Positions 1-8,782 of a DNA stretch of 64,000 nt are shown here, piece by piece. The notes below the pieces were generated by a model. That model saw nothing but the letters and a program-made list of their open reading frames with translations, was not told the origin of the DNA and did not search any database. The number at the start of each line of letters is the position of its first letter. Position 1 is the first letter of the stretch. The stretch comes from an uncultured virus (IMG/VR IMGVR_UViG_3300043466_003414) (Duplodnaviria > Heunggongvirae > Uroviricota > Caudoviricetes), in IMG/VR virus record IMGVR_UViG_3300043466_003414; one strand, given 5' to 3'. The position numbers and the translations under genes were made by a program.

Positions 1-191
1 GGGTTGGAGCTGGGGGTTGGGGTTGGGTTTTCTACTCTCGTATGGTTTTTCAAAGGTAAATAAATTGCATTTCTACTCTCGATTGTAATGCAGGTTGAGG
101 TATGGGTTGTGTTGGGGTAAATGATGGAAAAAACTTGACAAAATGAGGGTTATAGTGGAAAATATAAAGGGGTTTGGGGTTGGGTTTGGGG
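1..191 (+). repeat. G-rich (GGGGTT-like) tracts with G-quadruplex potential
   Basis: GGGTTGGAGCTGGGGGTTGGGGTTGGG at 1-27 and GGGGTTTGGGGTTGGGTTTGGGG at 169-191 in an otherwise AT-rich sequence. Confidence 0.7.
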
Positions 192-295
192 TATAGTGGA
201 AATACGCATATTATTAAATTTATAAGTTTAAATATTACAAGATAAAATAAACTTGTAGGTTGATTTTTTGGTTTTGAGTTTGGTTTTGGCAAAAG

Positions 296-397
296 CTGGG
301 ACTTGTTCTGGAACTTGTTTGGAACTTCTTACAACTGATAATCAAATAGTTAATCGTGAAAATGGAACTAAATCTGGGAATTGTTTGGGAAGTGTTT
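296..397 (+). repeat. Degenerate ~11-12 bp direct repeats (TGG[GA]A[CA]TTGTT), iteron/origin-like
   Basis: ctgggacttgtt-ctggaacttgtt-tggaacttctt at 296-330, plus tggaact, tgggaattgttt and gggaagtgttt at 363-397. Confidence 0.5.
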
Positions 398-426
398 GTA
401 AATTAACAATAAATTAACATAATAAT

Positions 427-473
427 TTTGTAGAACCAAAAAACATTAGTACATTTGCTATGAACTTTAAAAC
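427..473 (+). promoter_or_regulatory. Bacteroidota sigma-70 promoter with TGAACTTTAAAAC leader (copy 1)
   Basis: TTTG 427-430, 19-nt spacer, TACATTTG 450-457, leader 461-473. Confidence 0.8.
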
Positions 474-486
474 TAAATAATAAAAA

Positions 487-834
487 ATGCCTAGAAAAAC
501 AGATTCAATACCTATTAACAATGAATTGTTGGATAGGAGGGTTAAGCTAACAAAAGACCAAAAAGAACTTATTGTGTGGCTTCGAGAGGAGGAGCGAATT
601 AGCTACCAAAAGCTAGCAAATCAATTCAATGTTAGTAAGCGAAGCATTATCTTCATTTGCCGACCAGAATTGAAAGCTAAAGACCTTGAAAACCGAAAAA
701 AGCGTGGTGGCTCAAAAATCTATTACAATAGAGAAAAGCATACCATTCAAATTAGAGAGCATAGGGATTATAAAAAAGAACTTAACGAAAAAGGGTTGCT
801 TAAAACTAAACAAAATGAAGCTGATAGTTTGTAG
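487..834 (+). CDS. HTH DNA-binding protein
   Basis: KLTKDQKELIVWLREEERISYQKLANQFNVSKRSI helix-turn-helix pattern. Confidence 0.7.
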   Translation: MPRKTDSIPINNELLDRRVKLTKDQKELIVWLREEERISYQKLANQFNVSKRSIIFICRPELKAKDLENRKKRGGSKIYYNREKHTIQIREHRDYKKELNEKGLLKTKQNEADSL

Positions 835-1153
835 TTGTTGTGGTTTAGAAAAAAAACACCATGCAAAAAATATGTGTAAGCCTTGTTATTGTAAGTCAAG
901 TCATTATAAGGTTTTAAGAAAGGATATGGATAAAAAATATCAATCTAAAAATAAGCATAAAATTTATGAAGTCAGAAAAATAAGGAGAACAAGCACCGAA
1001 TATAAAGAATCTGATGATTATGCAAAATCATTGATTACACAAAGTTATGGATTATCAAGGAAAACAATAGAAAAAAACCCTTATTTGTTAGAAATAAAAA
1101 AAGTAACATTAAAAACTAAACGTATAATTTTAAAAATAAAAAAAGATGAGTGA
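815..1153 (+). CDS. Zn-finger hypothetical protein (ATG at 815 preferred over the track's start at 686)
   Basis: CSCC...HHAKNMCKPCY motif; ATG overlaps the end of the previous gene. Confidence 0.55.
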   Translation: MKLIVCSCCGLEKKHHAKNMCKPCYCKSSHYKVLRKDMDKKYQSKNKHKIYEVRKIRRTSTEYKESDDYAKSLITQSYGLSRKTIEKNPYLLEIKKVTLKTKRIILKIKKDE

Positions 1154-1376
1154 TAAAAAATATTTAAGACCGAATAATCAAAAAGCATTGTATAATACAG
1201 CTATGATTATACTTACAGACTTACTAAATGGAGATTTAGATGTTTCAAAAGGAGAAGTAGCGAATAATTTAATATCAAACGCTAATCGCACTTTTGCTTT
1301 AGAAATTAAGCTTGCTGAATTGACAAAGCAACCAGTTAGAATTATTGAATCTAAAAATTTTGTAGAAAAAGAATAA
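1146..1376 (+). CDS. hypothetical protein
   Basis: ORF in a tight operon. Confidence 0.6.
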   Translation: MSDKKYLRPNNQKALYNTAMIILTDLLNGDLDVSKGEVANNLISNANRTFALEIKLAELTKQPVRIIESKNFVEKE

Positions 1377-1378
1377 TT

Positions 1379-1729
1379 ATGAACAGACCAATTAAATTTA
1401 GATTTTGGGGCGACTTTGGGGATTTTAAGGAGGAAGCCGATACTTGCGAAAAAGAAATGCTATATGGAGATAGATTTCTTTTTTTTGACTATGCACCAAT
1501 AAACGACTTATTTGCCGATAAAAGATTTGTGATAATGCAATTTACTGGACTTAAAGACAAAAATGGAGTTGATATTTATGAAGGAGATATACTTTATATT
1601 GCTGGAGAAGGAAAAGTAATAGTTAAGTTTCCTTTTTTTGACTTGTACGAAAGAGTTTATTGTGGCGATTCCGATGATATTGAAAATATAATGGGAAACA
1701 TATACGAAAACCCAGAACTTTTAAAATAA
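1379..1729 (+). CDS. YopX family protein
   Basis: IKFR...MQFTGLKDKNGVDIYEGDIL...GNIYENPELL signature. Confidence 0.9.
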   Translation: MNRPIKFRFWGDFGDFKEEADTCEKEMLYGDRFLFFDYAPINDLFADKRFVIMQFTGLKDKNGVDIYEGDILYIAGEGKVIVKFPFFDLYERVYCGDSDDIENIMGNIYENPELLK

Positions 1730-1735
1730 GACAAT

Positions 1736-2092
1736 ATGAAAGAAAATTTAAGATTTTATTTAATATTAGGATTAAACATAGCTTGTGCTTTTAATTGGTA
1801 TGGAGATTTTTTTAATTTACTATTTGGACTACATATAGCAATTTCGATATGGTTGTTATCAAAGCTATTTATTTTTAACATTACAATTAATATGACTATT
1901 CCAAAAGATACCGAAAAAAAGGAATATGAATTTAAGGTAATTGAATATAATCAAGGGTACATAAACGAAAGGCTACAAGAAAAACAAGAAGAAGGTTGGG
2001 AAATAGCTGGTAATAGCAATATTTATAAAGGTACTTATGATGGAAATACTTACGTTTCAGTACCTTTAAAAAGGCTAAAATCAAACAATTAA
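1736..2092 (+). CDS. membrane protein, C-terminal DUF1737/DUF4177-like region
   Basis: Two N-terminal hydrophobic helices; EYEFKVI...LQEKQEEGWEIAG. Confidence 0.5.
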   Translation: MKENLRFYLILGLNIACAFNWYGDFFNLLFGLHIAISIWLLSKLFIFNITINMTIPKDTEKKEYEFKVIEYNQGYINERLQEKQEEGWEIAGNSNIYKGTYDGNTYVSVPLKRLKSNN

Positions 2093-2112
2093 CAAAAAAT
2101 TAACTTTTTTAT

Positions 2113-2159
2113 TTTGTGAAACCAAAAAACTTTTGTACTTTTGGTATGAACTTTAAAAC
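2113..2159 (+). promoter_or_regulatory. Bacteroidota promoter with TGAACTTTAAAAC leader (copy 2)
   Basis: TTTG 2113-2116, 19-nt spacer, TACTTTTG 2136-2143, leader 2147-2159. Confidence 0.8.
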
Positions 2160-2167
2160 TTAATAAA

Positions 2168-2374
2168 ATGGAATTAACAAAACAACACAGAGAGTGCTTT
2201 ATTGATGAGCTTGAAAAAGCAATTGAAGATTTAGATTTACAAAAAAAATGTTTATTAAAGTGTAAAGAAGATGATTTTGCTTCAAAACGCAGATGGGAAA
2301 TTCGTATCTTTTTAGCGGAGCAACGCATCAATTTAATCAAAGAGAGTTTAATTAATAACGAAATTGATTTTTAA
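2168..2374 (+). CDS. hypothetical protein
   Basis: ATG directly downstream of the promoter. Confidence 0.65.
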   Translation: MELTKQHRECFIDELEKAIEDLDLQKKCLLKCKEDDFASKRRWEIRIFLAEQRINLIKESLINNEIDF

Positions 2375-2386
2375 CCTTATCTAATC

Positions 2387-2572
2387 ATGGAAAACACAAT
2401 TCAAGAAACTCAAGAGGTAAAAGTACAAAGTGCTTATATTCCTGCTAATTGGAAAAAAAATCAAGAAAATAAAGCTATGGGTTATCTTAACTGGATGGCT
2501 TATACTATTCAAAGCAAACAATACACAAACGACCAACAAGTGTCGGATGCTTTACTAACTTTTAATAAGTAA
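2387..2572 (+). CDS. hypothetical protein
   Basis: Operonic ORF. Confidence 0.6.
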   Translation: MENTIQETQEVKVQSAYIPANWKKNQENKAMGYLNWMAYTIQSKQYTNDQQVSDALLTFNK

Positions 2573-2576
2573 AAAG

Positions 2577-3005
2577 ATGGCTATTAGACAAACCTCTATT
2601 GATTGTTATAATCAAATAAAGTCTGAAGGACTATTATCGGATTTAAAACTTTTGACTTATCATGCTATGTTACACACAGCACCTTGTACCGCTGGAGAAT
2701 TACAGTCTTACATTGAAAAAAATCAAATTAAAGTCAAACATTCTTGGAAATTATTATCCCAATTAAGAGATTTAGGAGTTATTTACGAAAAGTCAGTAAG
2801 GATTTGTTTTGTAACTAATAGAAATGTAATAGAGTGGGATTTAACCGATAAGTTACCCTTGAAAGAAAAAGCACCAGTTGTTACCAAAAAACAAAAAATA
2901 GAAGAAGTACTTAATGATATTAGTGATTTTGCTAAAACGCTTTCTAATGAAGAAGAATTAAAGGTTTTGAGAGGTATTTATAAAAAAATCAAGTCTTTAA
3001 AATAA
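2577..3005 (+). CDS. winged-helix DNA-binding protein
   Basis: PCTAGEL...WKLLSQLRDLGVIYE...RICFVTNR pattern. Confidence 0.6.
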   Translation: MAIRQTSIDCYNQIKSEGLLSDLKLLTYHAMLHTAPCTAGELQSYIEKNQIKVKHSWKLLSQLRDLGVIYEKSVRICFVTNRNVIEWDLTDKLPLKEKAPVVTKKQKIEEVLNDISDFAKTLSNEEELKVLRGIYKKIKSLK

Positions 3006-3047
3006 TTATAGTTTGTTTTTTTTAGTATATTTGAAAAAAATTTAGTT

Positions 3048-3293
3048 ATGGATGCAAACACAAAAAAAATGTTGTATTATGGAGGTGGAGCAATACTGGT
3101 TGGTGCAGTAGCTTTTTTCGTTTACTCATTCTTTAAAAAAGACGAACTCGTTGTTGGAGATACTTCAATTTCTATTGGAGAAGATGAAGAAGCCGTTACG
3201 TTTCCGACTGGTGGTTTTAAAGCACCGCAAATTTCAGAAGGTATTAATTGGACACCAACGCCATTAAGCGAACTTTGGAATAAACTTAAATAG
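3048..3293 (+). CDS. small N-terminally anchored membrane protein in its own transcription unit
   Basis: TM helix followed by FFKK; TATATTTG at 3026-3033 upstream, terminator downstream. Confidence 0.7.
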   Translation: MDANTKKMLYYGGGAILVGAVAFFVYSFFKKDELVVGDTSISIGEDEEAVTFPTGGFKAPQISEGINWTPTPLSELWNKLK

Positions 3294-3317
3294 ATATTTC
3301 ACATATCTAAAAAAAAT

Positions 3318-3342
3318 AGTGGTACTTGTTACCACTTTTTTT
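3318..3342 (+). terminator. intrinsic terminator
   Basis: AGTGGTA-cttgt-TACCACT followed by a T-run. Confidence 0.75.
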
Positions 3343-3374
3343 ACCGCTAATGGATAAAATAAAACCAAAAAACT

Positions 3375-3674
3375 ATGTCAGCACCTAAAAATTTAAAATT
3401 AAAAATCCTTGAATTAAGAAGGCAAGGTAAGAGTTATAGAGAAATTGAAAATGTTTTAGATTGTACTCGCTCAACTATTAGCTTTCATTGTAAACGACAT
3501 AATATTACCGATACTGGTAAAAAAAGATATGCGATTAGCAATGATTTAAAAAACGCAATACACAATTTTTGCAAAGAGCATAAAACAAGTGAAGCTATTA
3601 AATATTTCAATTTATCTAAAAGTACTATTTTTAAGTATAAGAATCTTGAACTAAAACCAGATGAGCAAAAATAA
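3375..3674 (+). CDS. double-HTH DNA-binding protein
   Basis: ILELRRQGKSYREIENVLDCTRSTI and a second HTH, EAIKYFNLSKSTI. Confidence 0.7.
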   Translation: MSAPKNLKLKILELRRQGKSYREIENVLDCTRSTISFHCKRHNITDTGKKRYAISNDLKNAIHNFCKEHKTSEAIKYFNLSKSTIFKYKNLELKPDEQK

Positions 3675-4644
3675 ACCCACTAATAAAAAAGCAACTTCAA
3701 AAGCAAAAAAGCCAAATGGTAGAAAGACTTGGCTTAAAGTTGCTGGAAAGGTACATGAACTAAATAAAAAGCAAAATTTAGGCTGGACTTGGAATGAAAG
3801 TATGCGTTTTGCATCCAAAAAGGTTTATCCTAAATTTAAGGGAAAATCCGTAAGCAAAGTTAGTCTAAAAGATATAGAGCTTGACTTTAAAAACGCTTTG
3901 CAAGAAGGTCAACCGCCAATGCCTACACCTAAAGGTAAATTAAAAGAAATTTGTTTTTCAGCTTTAAATGTTCCAGCGGAAGATTTAATTGAAAGGGAGT
4001 GGTGGACTATTGCAGATGACGATGTATGGATTAATTTCGATTCTAATTTACCAATGCGTTTTGCTTTTGACACTATAATTGATACTGGAATAATCAAGAA
4101 GTCTGAAATGCCTAATATGATGGAAATACGAGAGGATATTCGTAAGTCTGGAATTAAATATGGATTAGTTATTTTTAAAGTTTTGGTACAGCCAAATAAA
4201 AAAGACGATGGTCAACCATGTAGCTATTATGTTTTAGTAACGCTAGAAAACTCAAGTTACGACCAAAACCTTAAAGATGGAGAGATTTACGGACAAATGA
4301 CAGAGAGGGATTTAAGCGAGGAGCAGATTGCACAAAGAGAGGAAAGAAGAAAGCAAAGGGATAAATTAATGAAGCAGAAAGCTTCAAAAAAGCAAGCTAA
4401 AGAGAGAGAACGACCAAAAGAAGTTGAGCCTAAAAGCATTACCAAAACAAAAGCAAAGCCAAAAGAGGAAAGTAGTTTAGAGCTAGAAAAAATTAAATTA
4501 GAAAAATCAAGGGTTGAAGCTTTAAAATCGGTTTTGGATATACTTCGACAAGATTATAAGGATGGTATCTTAACCAAACGCCAGTACTTACAAAGACAAA
4601 AACAAATTATTGAGAAATTTGAACAAGGTGGAGAAATAAGATAA
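3661..4644 (+). CDS. basic/coiled-coil protein ending in FEQGG-EIR; candidate terminal protein
   Basis: Lys-rich N-terminus, charged coiled coil, directly upstream of the PolB-like gene; function inferred. Confidence 0.45.
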   Translation: MSKNKPTNKKATSKAKKPNGRKTWLKVAGKVHELNKKQNLGWTWNESMRFASKKVYPKFKGKSVSKVSLKDIELDFKNALQEGQPPMPTPKGKLKEICFSALNVPAEDLIEREWWTIADDDVWINFDSNLPMRFAFDTIIDTGIIKKSEMPNMMEIREDIRKSGIKYGLVIFKVLVQPNKKDDGQPCSYYVLVTLENSSYDQNLKDGEIYGQMTERDLSEEQIAQREERRKQRDKLMKQKASKKQAKERERPKEVEPKSITKTKAKPKEESSLELEKIKLEKSRVEALKSVLDILRQDYKDGILTKRQYLQRQKQIIEKFEQGGEIR

Positions 4645-4645
4645 T

Positions 4646-5398
4646 ATGAAACGACAATTCAAGAACTTTTCATGCGACAGAACCTACAAAAGATTAGTAG
4701 GGGGCAAACATAATTTTCTAATACGAAAAGGTAGTGAAGTAAACCAAATCATTTTTGGTAAAAACCACTATCTTTTCGCTACCGAGAATAGAAATTTTCC
4801 TAAAAGTAAATTATACCTATTCAAAATGGTTAATGATGATGTAAAGAAATTTATTGATAATAACCCTTTCATTGATTTACCGCCACAAAAAAAGACCCAA
4901 GAATTTAATTTAGAGTATGATATTGATAAGGGTAATTTGACTGGAACAGACCTTGACCATGCCTACTGGAGAATTGCTTATGTAAAAGGATATATTTCTA
5001 AAAATACTTACGAGCATGGAGTTAAAGATGACAAATCTAAAACCATTCGTTTAGCTACTTTAGGGGTTTTAGGAACGGAGCAAAAGTTTGACCGATACCA
5101 AAATGGAGAATATGTTGAAACATTTGTTCATAGGAGAGAGAATAAACCAATGAAGCAAGTTTACAAGGATATACGATTGACCTGCTTTTACATGATGTAC
5201 GAATTATCGGTTCAATTGGGCGAGGATTTTGAAAGCTGGAATACCGATTGCATATACTACCGAGATAGCATTGAAAATAGAAAATTAGTACACGATTTTT
5301 TTGATATGCACAATATGTTATACAAGCAATTAACCAACAATACAATGGATTATTTTGAGGAACTAGAAGATTCCGAAGATGCAGAAAACGTTATTTAA
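4646..5398 (+). CDS. minimal family-B DNA polymerase-like protein (palm/fingers only)
   Basis: Ordered motif A DLDHAYW, motif B KTIRLATLG, motif C WNTDCIYY; no exonuclease domain. Confidence 0.55.
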   Translation: MKRQFKNFSCDRTYKRLVGGKHNFLIRKGSEVNQIIFGKNHYLFATENRNFPKSKLYLFKMVNDDVKKFIDNNPFIDLPPQKKTQEFNLEYDIDKGNLTGTDLDHAYWRIAYVKGYISKNTYEHGVKDDKSKTIRLATLGVLGTEQKFDRYQNGEYVETFVHRRENKPMKQVYKDIRLTCFYMMYELSVQLGEDFESWNTDCIYYRDSIENRKLVHDFFDMHNMLYKQLTNNTMDYFEELEDSEDAENVI

Positions 5399-5477
5399 AA
5401 AGATAATTTATATTATTTAAAATATATTTTATTTTTTTAGTAAACATTTATTATATTTGTAATTAAAACATACCAAG

Positions 5478-5783
5478 ATGGATTTAACAACAACCCCCTT
5501 TGATATTAAGTTATTAAGGAAAAAATGTAATTTCATAGAGTTTACCGAGAATGGAATTGATATAATCATGCTATCCCCAATAAGCTCTGAAATTAACTCT
5601 GGACATAGATATATGTTTGGAACTTATAAAGACAATAAGTTTTATTGGTTTTTTAACGGAAAGTCGATTGCCAATTCAAGACAAATGATGCGTGATATTT
5701 ATTTTGAAATTACTGAAAACATACTAGATAAAAACCAAGTTGTTTTCGCTTATAAAGGAAATTTGTATGGAAGTAGAATTTAA
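5478..5783 (+). CDS. hypothetical protein
   Basis: ORF preceded by TATATTTG at 5452-5459. Confidence 0.6.
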   Translation: MDLTTTPFDIKLLRKKCNFIEFTENGIDIIMLSPISSEINSGHRYMFGTYKDNKFYWFFNGKSIANSRQMMRDIYFEITENILDKNQVVFAYKGNLYGSRI

Positions 5784-6078
5784 AAAACTAAAAAGCACCT
5801 ATGCGAAAGTAAAATTTTTACTGGAGCAAGTACCAGAATTGTCAACCGATAATGACCGACTTATTTTTACCTTTTATTTTTACGAGCTAGGAAAGGATAA
5901 GATTAACGAAATGAGTGGGTATGATGTGTTTACCTACTTCAATAGTAAATTTACCGATAAAACGGCTAAAATGGAAACTATTTCGAGAGCCAAAAGATTG
6001 GTTTTACAACGAAACCCAAGTCTAAAAAAAGACAAAGCAGAAATAAAAACACTTTTTAAAGTAAAAAATGTTGATTAA
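5740..6078 (+). CDS. hypothetical protein (probable ATG at 5767)
   Basis: ETISRAKRLVLQRNPSL motif resembles a common small phage protein. Confidence 0.55.
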   Translation: MFSLIKEICMEVEFKKLKSTYAKVKFLLEQVPELSTDNDRLIFTFYFYELGKDKINEMSGYDVFTYFNSKFTDKTAKMETISRAKRLVLQRNPSLKKDKAEIKTLFKVKNVD

Positions 6079-6080
6079 TT

Positions 6081-6126
6081 TTTGTGAAACCAAAAAACTT
6101 TTTATATTTGTAGTGAACTTTAAAAC
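6081..6126 (+). promoter_or_regulatory. Bacteroidota promoter with TGAACTTTAAAAC leader (copy 3)
   Basis: TTTG 6081-6084, TATATTTG 6103-6110, leader 6114-6126. Confidence 0.8.
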
Positions 6127-6137
6127 ATAAAATTAAA

Positions 6138-6440
6138 ATGCAAGTTACCTTAATTACAACCGAAGGCGATATTAAAAAAGTAAATATCAAAACCTTTAAA
6201 GATGCAAAGCACTTTGTATCTAAAGACTTCTATGAAAGTCCAATTGAAATTTTATATTTTTCAGATGGCAGACTAATGCTGTTAGACGAAGAAGGTAAGT
6301 TAAAAGGATTGGAATATAACGAAGAAGCTACCAGACGAGCAAAAGAAGATAATTTAATCTATCCAAGTGATTTTATTGTGGGTAATGTGATAATTGTTGA
6401 TGATGTAGATGAGTTTGATAGTTTGGCTTATCAAGATTAA
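6138..6440 (+). CDS. DUF3846-like protein
   Basis: LMLLDEEGKLKGLEYNEEAT...DFIVGNVII. Confidence 0.75.
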   Translation: MQVTLITTEGDIKKVNIKTFKDAKHFVSKDFYESPIEILYFSDGRLMLLDEEGKLKGLEYNEEATRRAKEDNLIYPSDFIVGNVIIVDDVDEFDSLAYQD

Positions 6441-6516
6441 AAAAAAAGAGATAAGCGTGAACTTATCTCTTTTTACCAAGAAACTTTTTTAACAACACTA
6501 ATGGATAAAAGTGTAA
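6441..6516 (-). ncRNA. candidate ~75-nt sRNA
   Basis: Minus-strand TATATTTG at 6523-6530, hairpin at 6495-6514, ends in the bidirectional terminator; no -33 element seen. Confidence 0.35.
6443..6474. terminator. bidirectional intrinsic terminator
   Basis: AAAAAGAGATAAG-cgtgaa-CTTATCTCTTTTT. Confidence 0.8.
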
Positions 6517-6603
6517 TTTAAACAAATATACAATGCTTTCAATTCTAATGGGTTTTTATAAAACACTTTATTTAAAACAAAACCCAAATTAAATAGTTTT
6601 ACT

Positions 6604-6894
6604 TTGAAAACACGATTCTACAAATATTTTTTTTTAGGAGTTGAAAAGCCGATAATCATGGAAGCAGAAAATAAAACCGATGCAGACCAAATGATAGTTC
6701 AATTGCAATATAAATCCCAGACTTCGATAGATTTTAATAAGCTGGTTGATGTTCGTGTTGAAACGCCTATTGTTGGTATCTCTACAAGAAAGCGAAAGGG
6801 CAAGGATTTTGTGTGGGTAGGAAAGGAATATACTAGCGATGGTTGGCTAGAAAAAGAAGAATACGATAGAATTAATAACTTGAACAAAAAATAA
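6604..6894 (+). CDS. hypothetical protein
   Basis: TTG-start ORF abutting the nuclease gene. Confidence 0.55.
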   Translation: MKTRFYKYFFLGVEKPIIMEAENKTDADQMIVQLQYKSQTSIDFNKLVDVRVETPIVGISTRKRKGKDFVWVGKEYTSDGWLEKEEYDRINNLNKK

Positions 6895-6895
6895 C

Positions 6896-7678
6896 ATGAA
6901 AATATCTCAATCATTCGTAAAAGAGTACAGTAAGTACAAGCAAAAAAAGTCATGTGGCTTACAAGTAAAAGCAAAGTACATAGATGGAATTAAATTTCCT
7001 TCAAGCGATGTTATGCAAGTTGGAAACTACTTCGAGTTTATGGCTACTGGTTGCTTACCTAGAACTGGCGAAATTCCAGTTCCAGAAATGGTTTACAAAG
7101 GTACGGCAAAGGAAAAATTATCTACGGACTACGAAAGAGCAAACGCAAGTGCCGAGTTTTTCAAAGTAGTTGCAAAAGAGCTTAACATTGAAATTTTAGA
7201 AACTGGAAAAATAATTACTAAAGATAACCGAACTGGTATTTTAGATATTGTAGCCAAGTTTAATAATAGAATATGCGTTATTGACTTAAAGTATAGCGGA
7301 CTTTTAGATGACAAATGGAACGAAATGGGTTGGGAAACTGAATCATTACCATACAAAGATAATTTAATGGTTCAAGCGGTACACTACACTATTCTTTTAG
7401 CCGAAGTTTGCGAAGTAGACTATGAAGATATTGACTTCTACTTTTTTGTGTTCAATTCAAAAGACCCATTGGATGCCAAAATCATAAAAGTAAATATTGA
7501 CCCAGATGTTTTTGAAAGCCACTTACAAGCAGTTGATAAAATTTACGAGGAAGTGGTTTTGAATAATCATAACTTCAAGCCTTATCCAAGCTTAAAACTA
7601 TGTAAAAGTTGTCCGTTAACCGATTGCAAACACAAAATAACTATTCCTACAATAGAGCAGGTTTACTACACAATATGA
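6896..7678 (+). CDS. PD-(D/E)xK exonuclease (RecB/Cas4-like)
   Basis: GILDIV...VIDLKY, Q-x-x-x-Y motif, N-terminal Cys plus C-terminal CKSC-x3-C; next to RecT. Confidence 0.8.
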   Translation: MKISQSFVKEYSKYKQKKSCGLQVKAKYIDGIKFPSSDVMQVGNYFEFMATGCLPRTGEIPVPEMVYKGTAKEKLSTDYERANASAEFFKVVAKELNIEILETGKIITKDNRTGILDIVAKFNNRICVIDLKYSGLLDDKWNEMGWETESLPYKDNLMVQAVHYTILLAEVCEVDYEDIDFYFFVFNSKDPLDAKIIKVNIDPDVFESHLQAVDKIYEEVVLNNHNFKPYPSLKLCKSCPLTDCKHKITIPTIEQVYYTI

Positions 7679-7926
7679 TAAACGAAAAAGAAATAGATTA
7701 TTTAGTTAACTTAACTCAAGCAGATACTCAATACTATATTCGCTACAAATCACAATTAAAAAAGTTTGCAGTAGATAATAGAGCTGAAATAACCAAAGCA
7801 AAAATGGTTAAGATTTTTTCAGAAATAGAAACAATAACATTGCATATTCAAAAACTCAAAAACCAAGAACAAGAACTTTTAAAACTTTTAGATAACATTT
7901 ATTATGGAAACAACTCAAGAGAATAA
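7675..7926 (+). CDS. hypothetical coiled-coil protein (ATG at 7675 preferred)
   Basis: ATGA overlap with the nuclease stop codon. Confidence 0.55.
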   Translation: MINEKEIDYLVNLTQADTQYYIRYKSQLKKFAVDNRAEITKAKMVKIFSEIETITLHIQKLKNQEQELLKLLDNIYYGNNSRE

Positions 7927-8758
7927 CCAAACACCAGCAAAACGTGAACTATCTTTAATTGATAAATTTACTCAAACCATGAGTATTTACGAGCAAAAAA
8001 ACCTTGCGGAATTGCTTGAAAATTCAAGTTTTACCCCAGCAAAATTTAAGCAAGTCGTAATTACTGAAATTAAGAAAAATGTAAAATTGCAACAAGCTTT
8101 TTTGCAAAACCCAGCGAGTTTGTTTGCCAGCATATTACATTGTGCTGAATTAGACTTATCTCCGAGCCAAATGGTAGGCGAGTTTTTCTTTATTCCTTTC
8201 AAAGATACCATAACACCAGTTTTAGGATATAAGGGTCTTATAACGCTTCTATTGAGGTCGGATAAAATTAAGAAGATTTGGACTGAAGTGGTTTATGAAG
8301 ATGATGACTTTATTTACGAAATGGGTTTAGAGCCAAAATTAGTGCATATACCTAATCATGATGCCGATAGAAGCAATAGCAAGATTAAGTTTGTCTATGC
8401 GTGTGCAAAGCTAGAAGATAACGAAGTTACTTTTAAGGTTATGTCAACAAAAGAAGTAAGAGGTATTATCAATACGCTCAAAGTTTCAAATGAATTGTAC
8501 TTTAATGAAAAAAAAGACCCAGAGAATTGGATGATTAAAAAAGTTGTGTTAAAACAATTAGCTAAAACCTTACCAAAGCAAGATGACCGATTGAAAAAAG
8601 CTATTTCTACCGATGATAATGTAGAAGGAGGTAGTTATTTAGTAATTGATGACAACGACAACGTTAAATTAGTACAAGGAAACATTATAGGCACAAGAAA
8701 AAATAGCCTTTACAATGCTTTAAACGTAAAAAATGAAGCTGAACTATTGGATAGTTAA
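7904..8758 (+). CDS. recT: RecT family single-strand annealing protein
   Basis: LDLSP...GEFFFIPF...LGYKGLI...VVYEDDDF...MIKKVVLKQLAKTLP. Confidence 0.9.
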   Translation: METTQENNQTPAKRELSLIDKFTQTMSIYEQKNLAELLENSSFTPAKFKQVVITEIKKNVKLQQAFLQNPASLFASILHCAELDLSPSQMVGEFFFIPFKDTITPVLGYKGLITLLLRSDKIKKIWTEVVYEDDDFIYEMGLEPKLVHIPNHDADRSNSKIKFVYACAKLEDNEVTFKVMSTKEVRGIINTLKVSNELYFNEKKDPENWMIKKVVLKQLAKTLPKQDDRLKKAISTDDNVEGGSYLVIDDNDNVKLVQGNIIGTRKNSLYNALNVKNEAELLDS

Positions 8759-8782
8759 ATATTTTTTGTAAATTTGTGTTCA

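Noticed and set aside
1..191. Eukaryotic telomere (TTGGGG-like)
   Set aside because: Repeats are short and irregular, and the G-rich strand points the wrong way for a left telomere; gene content is bacterial-virus type
50..292. 80-aa minus-strand ORF
   Set aside because: Its PKPNP content simply mirrors the G/T-rich repeats; no promoter or family support
6896..7678. Cas4 of a CRISPR system
   Set aside because: No cas genes or array; adjacency to RecT indicates a recombination exonuclease
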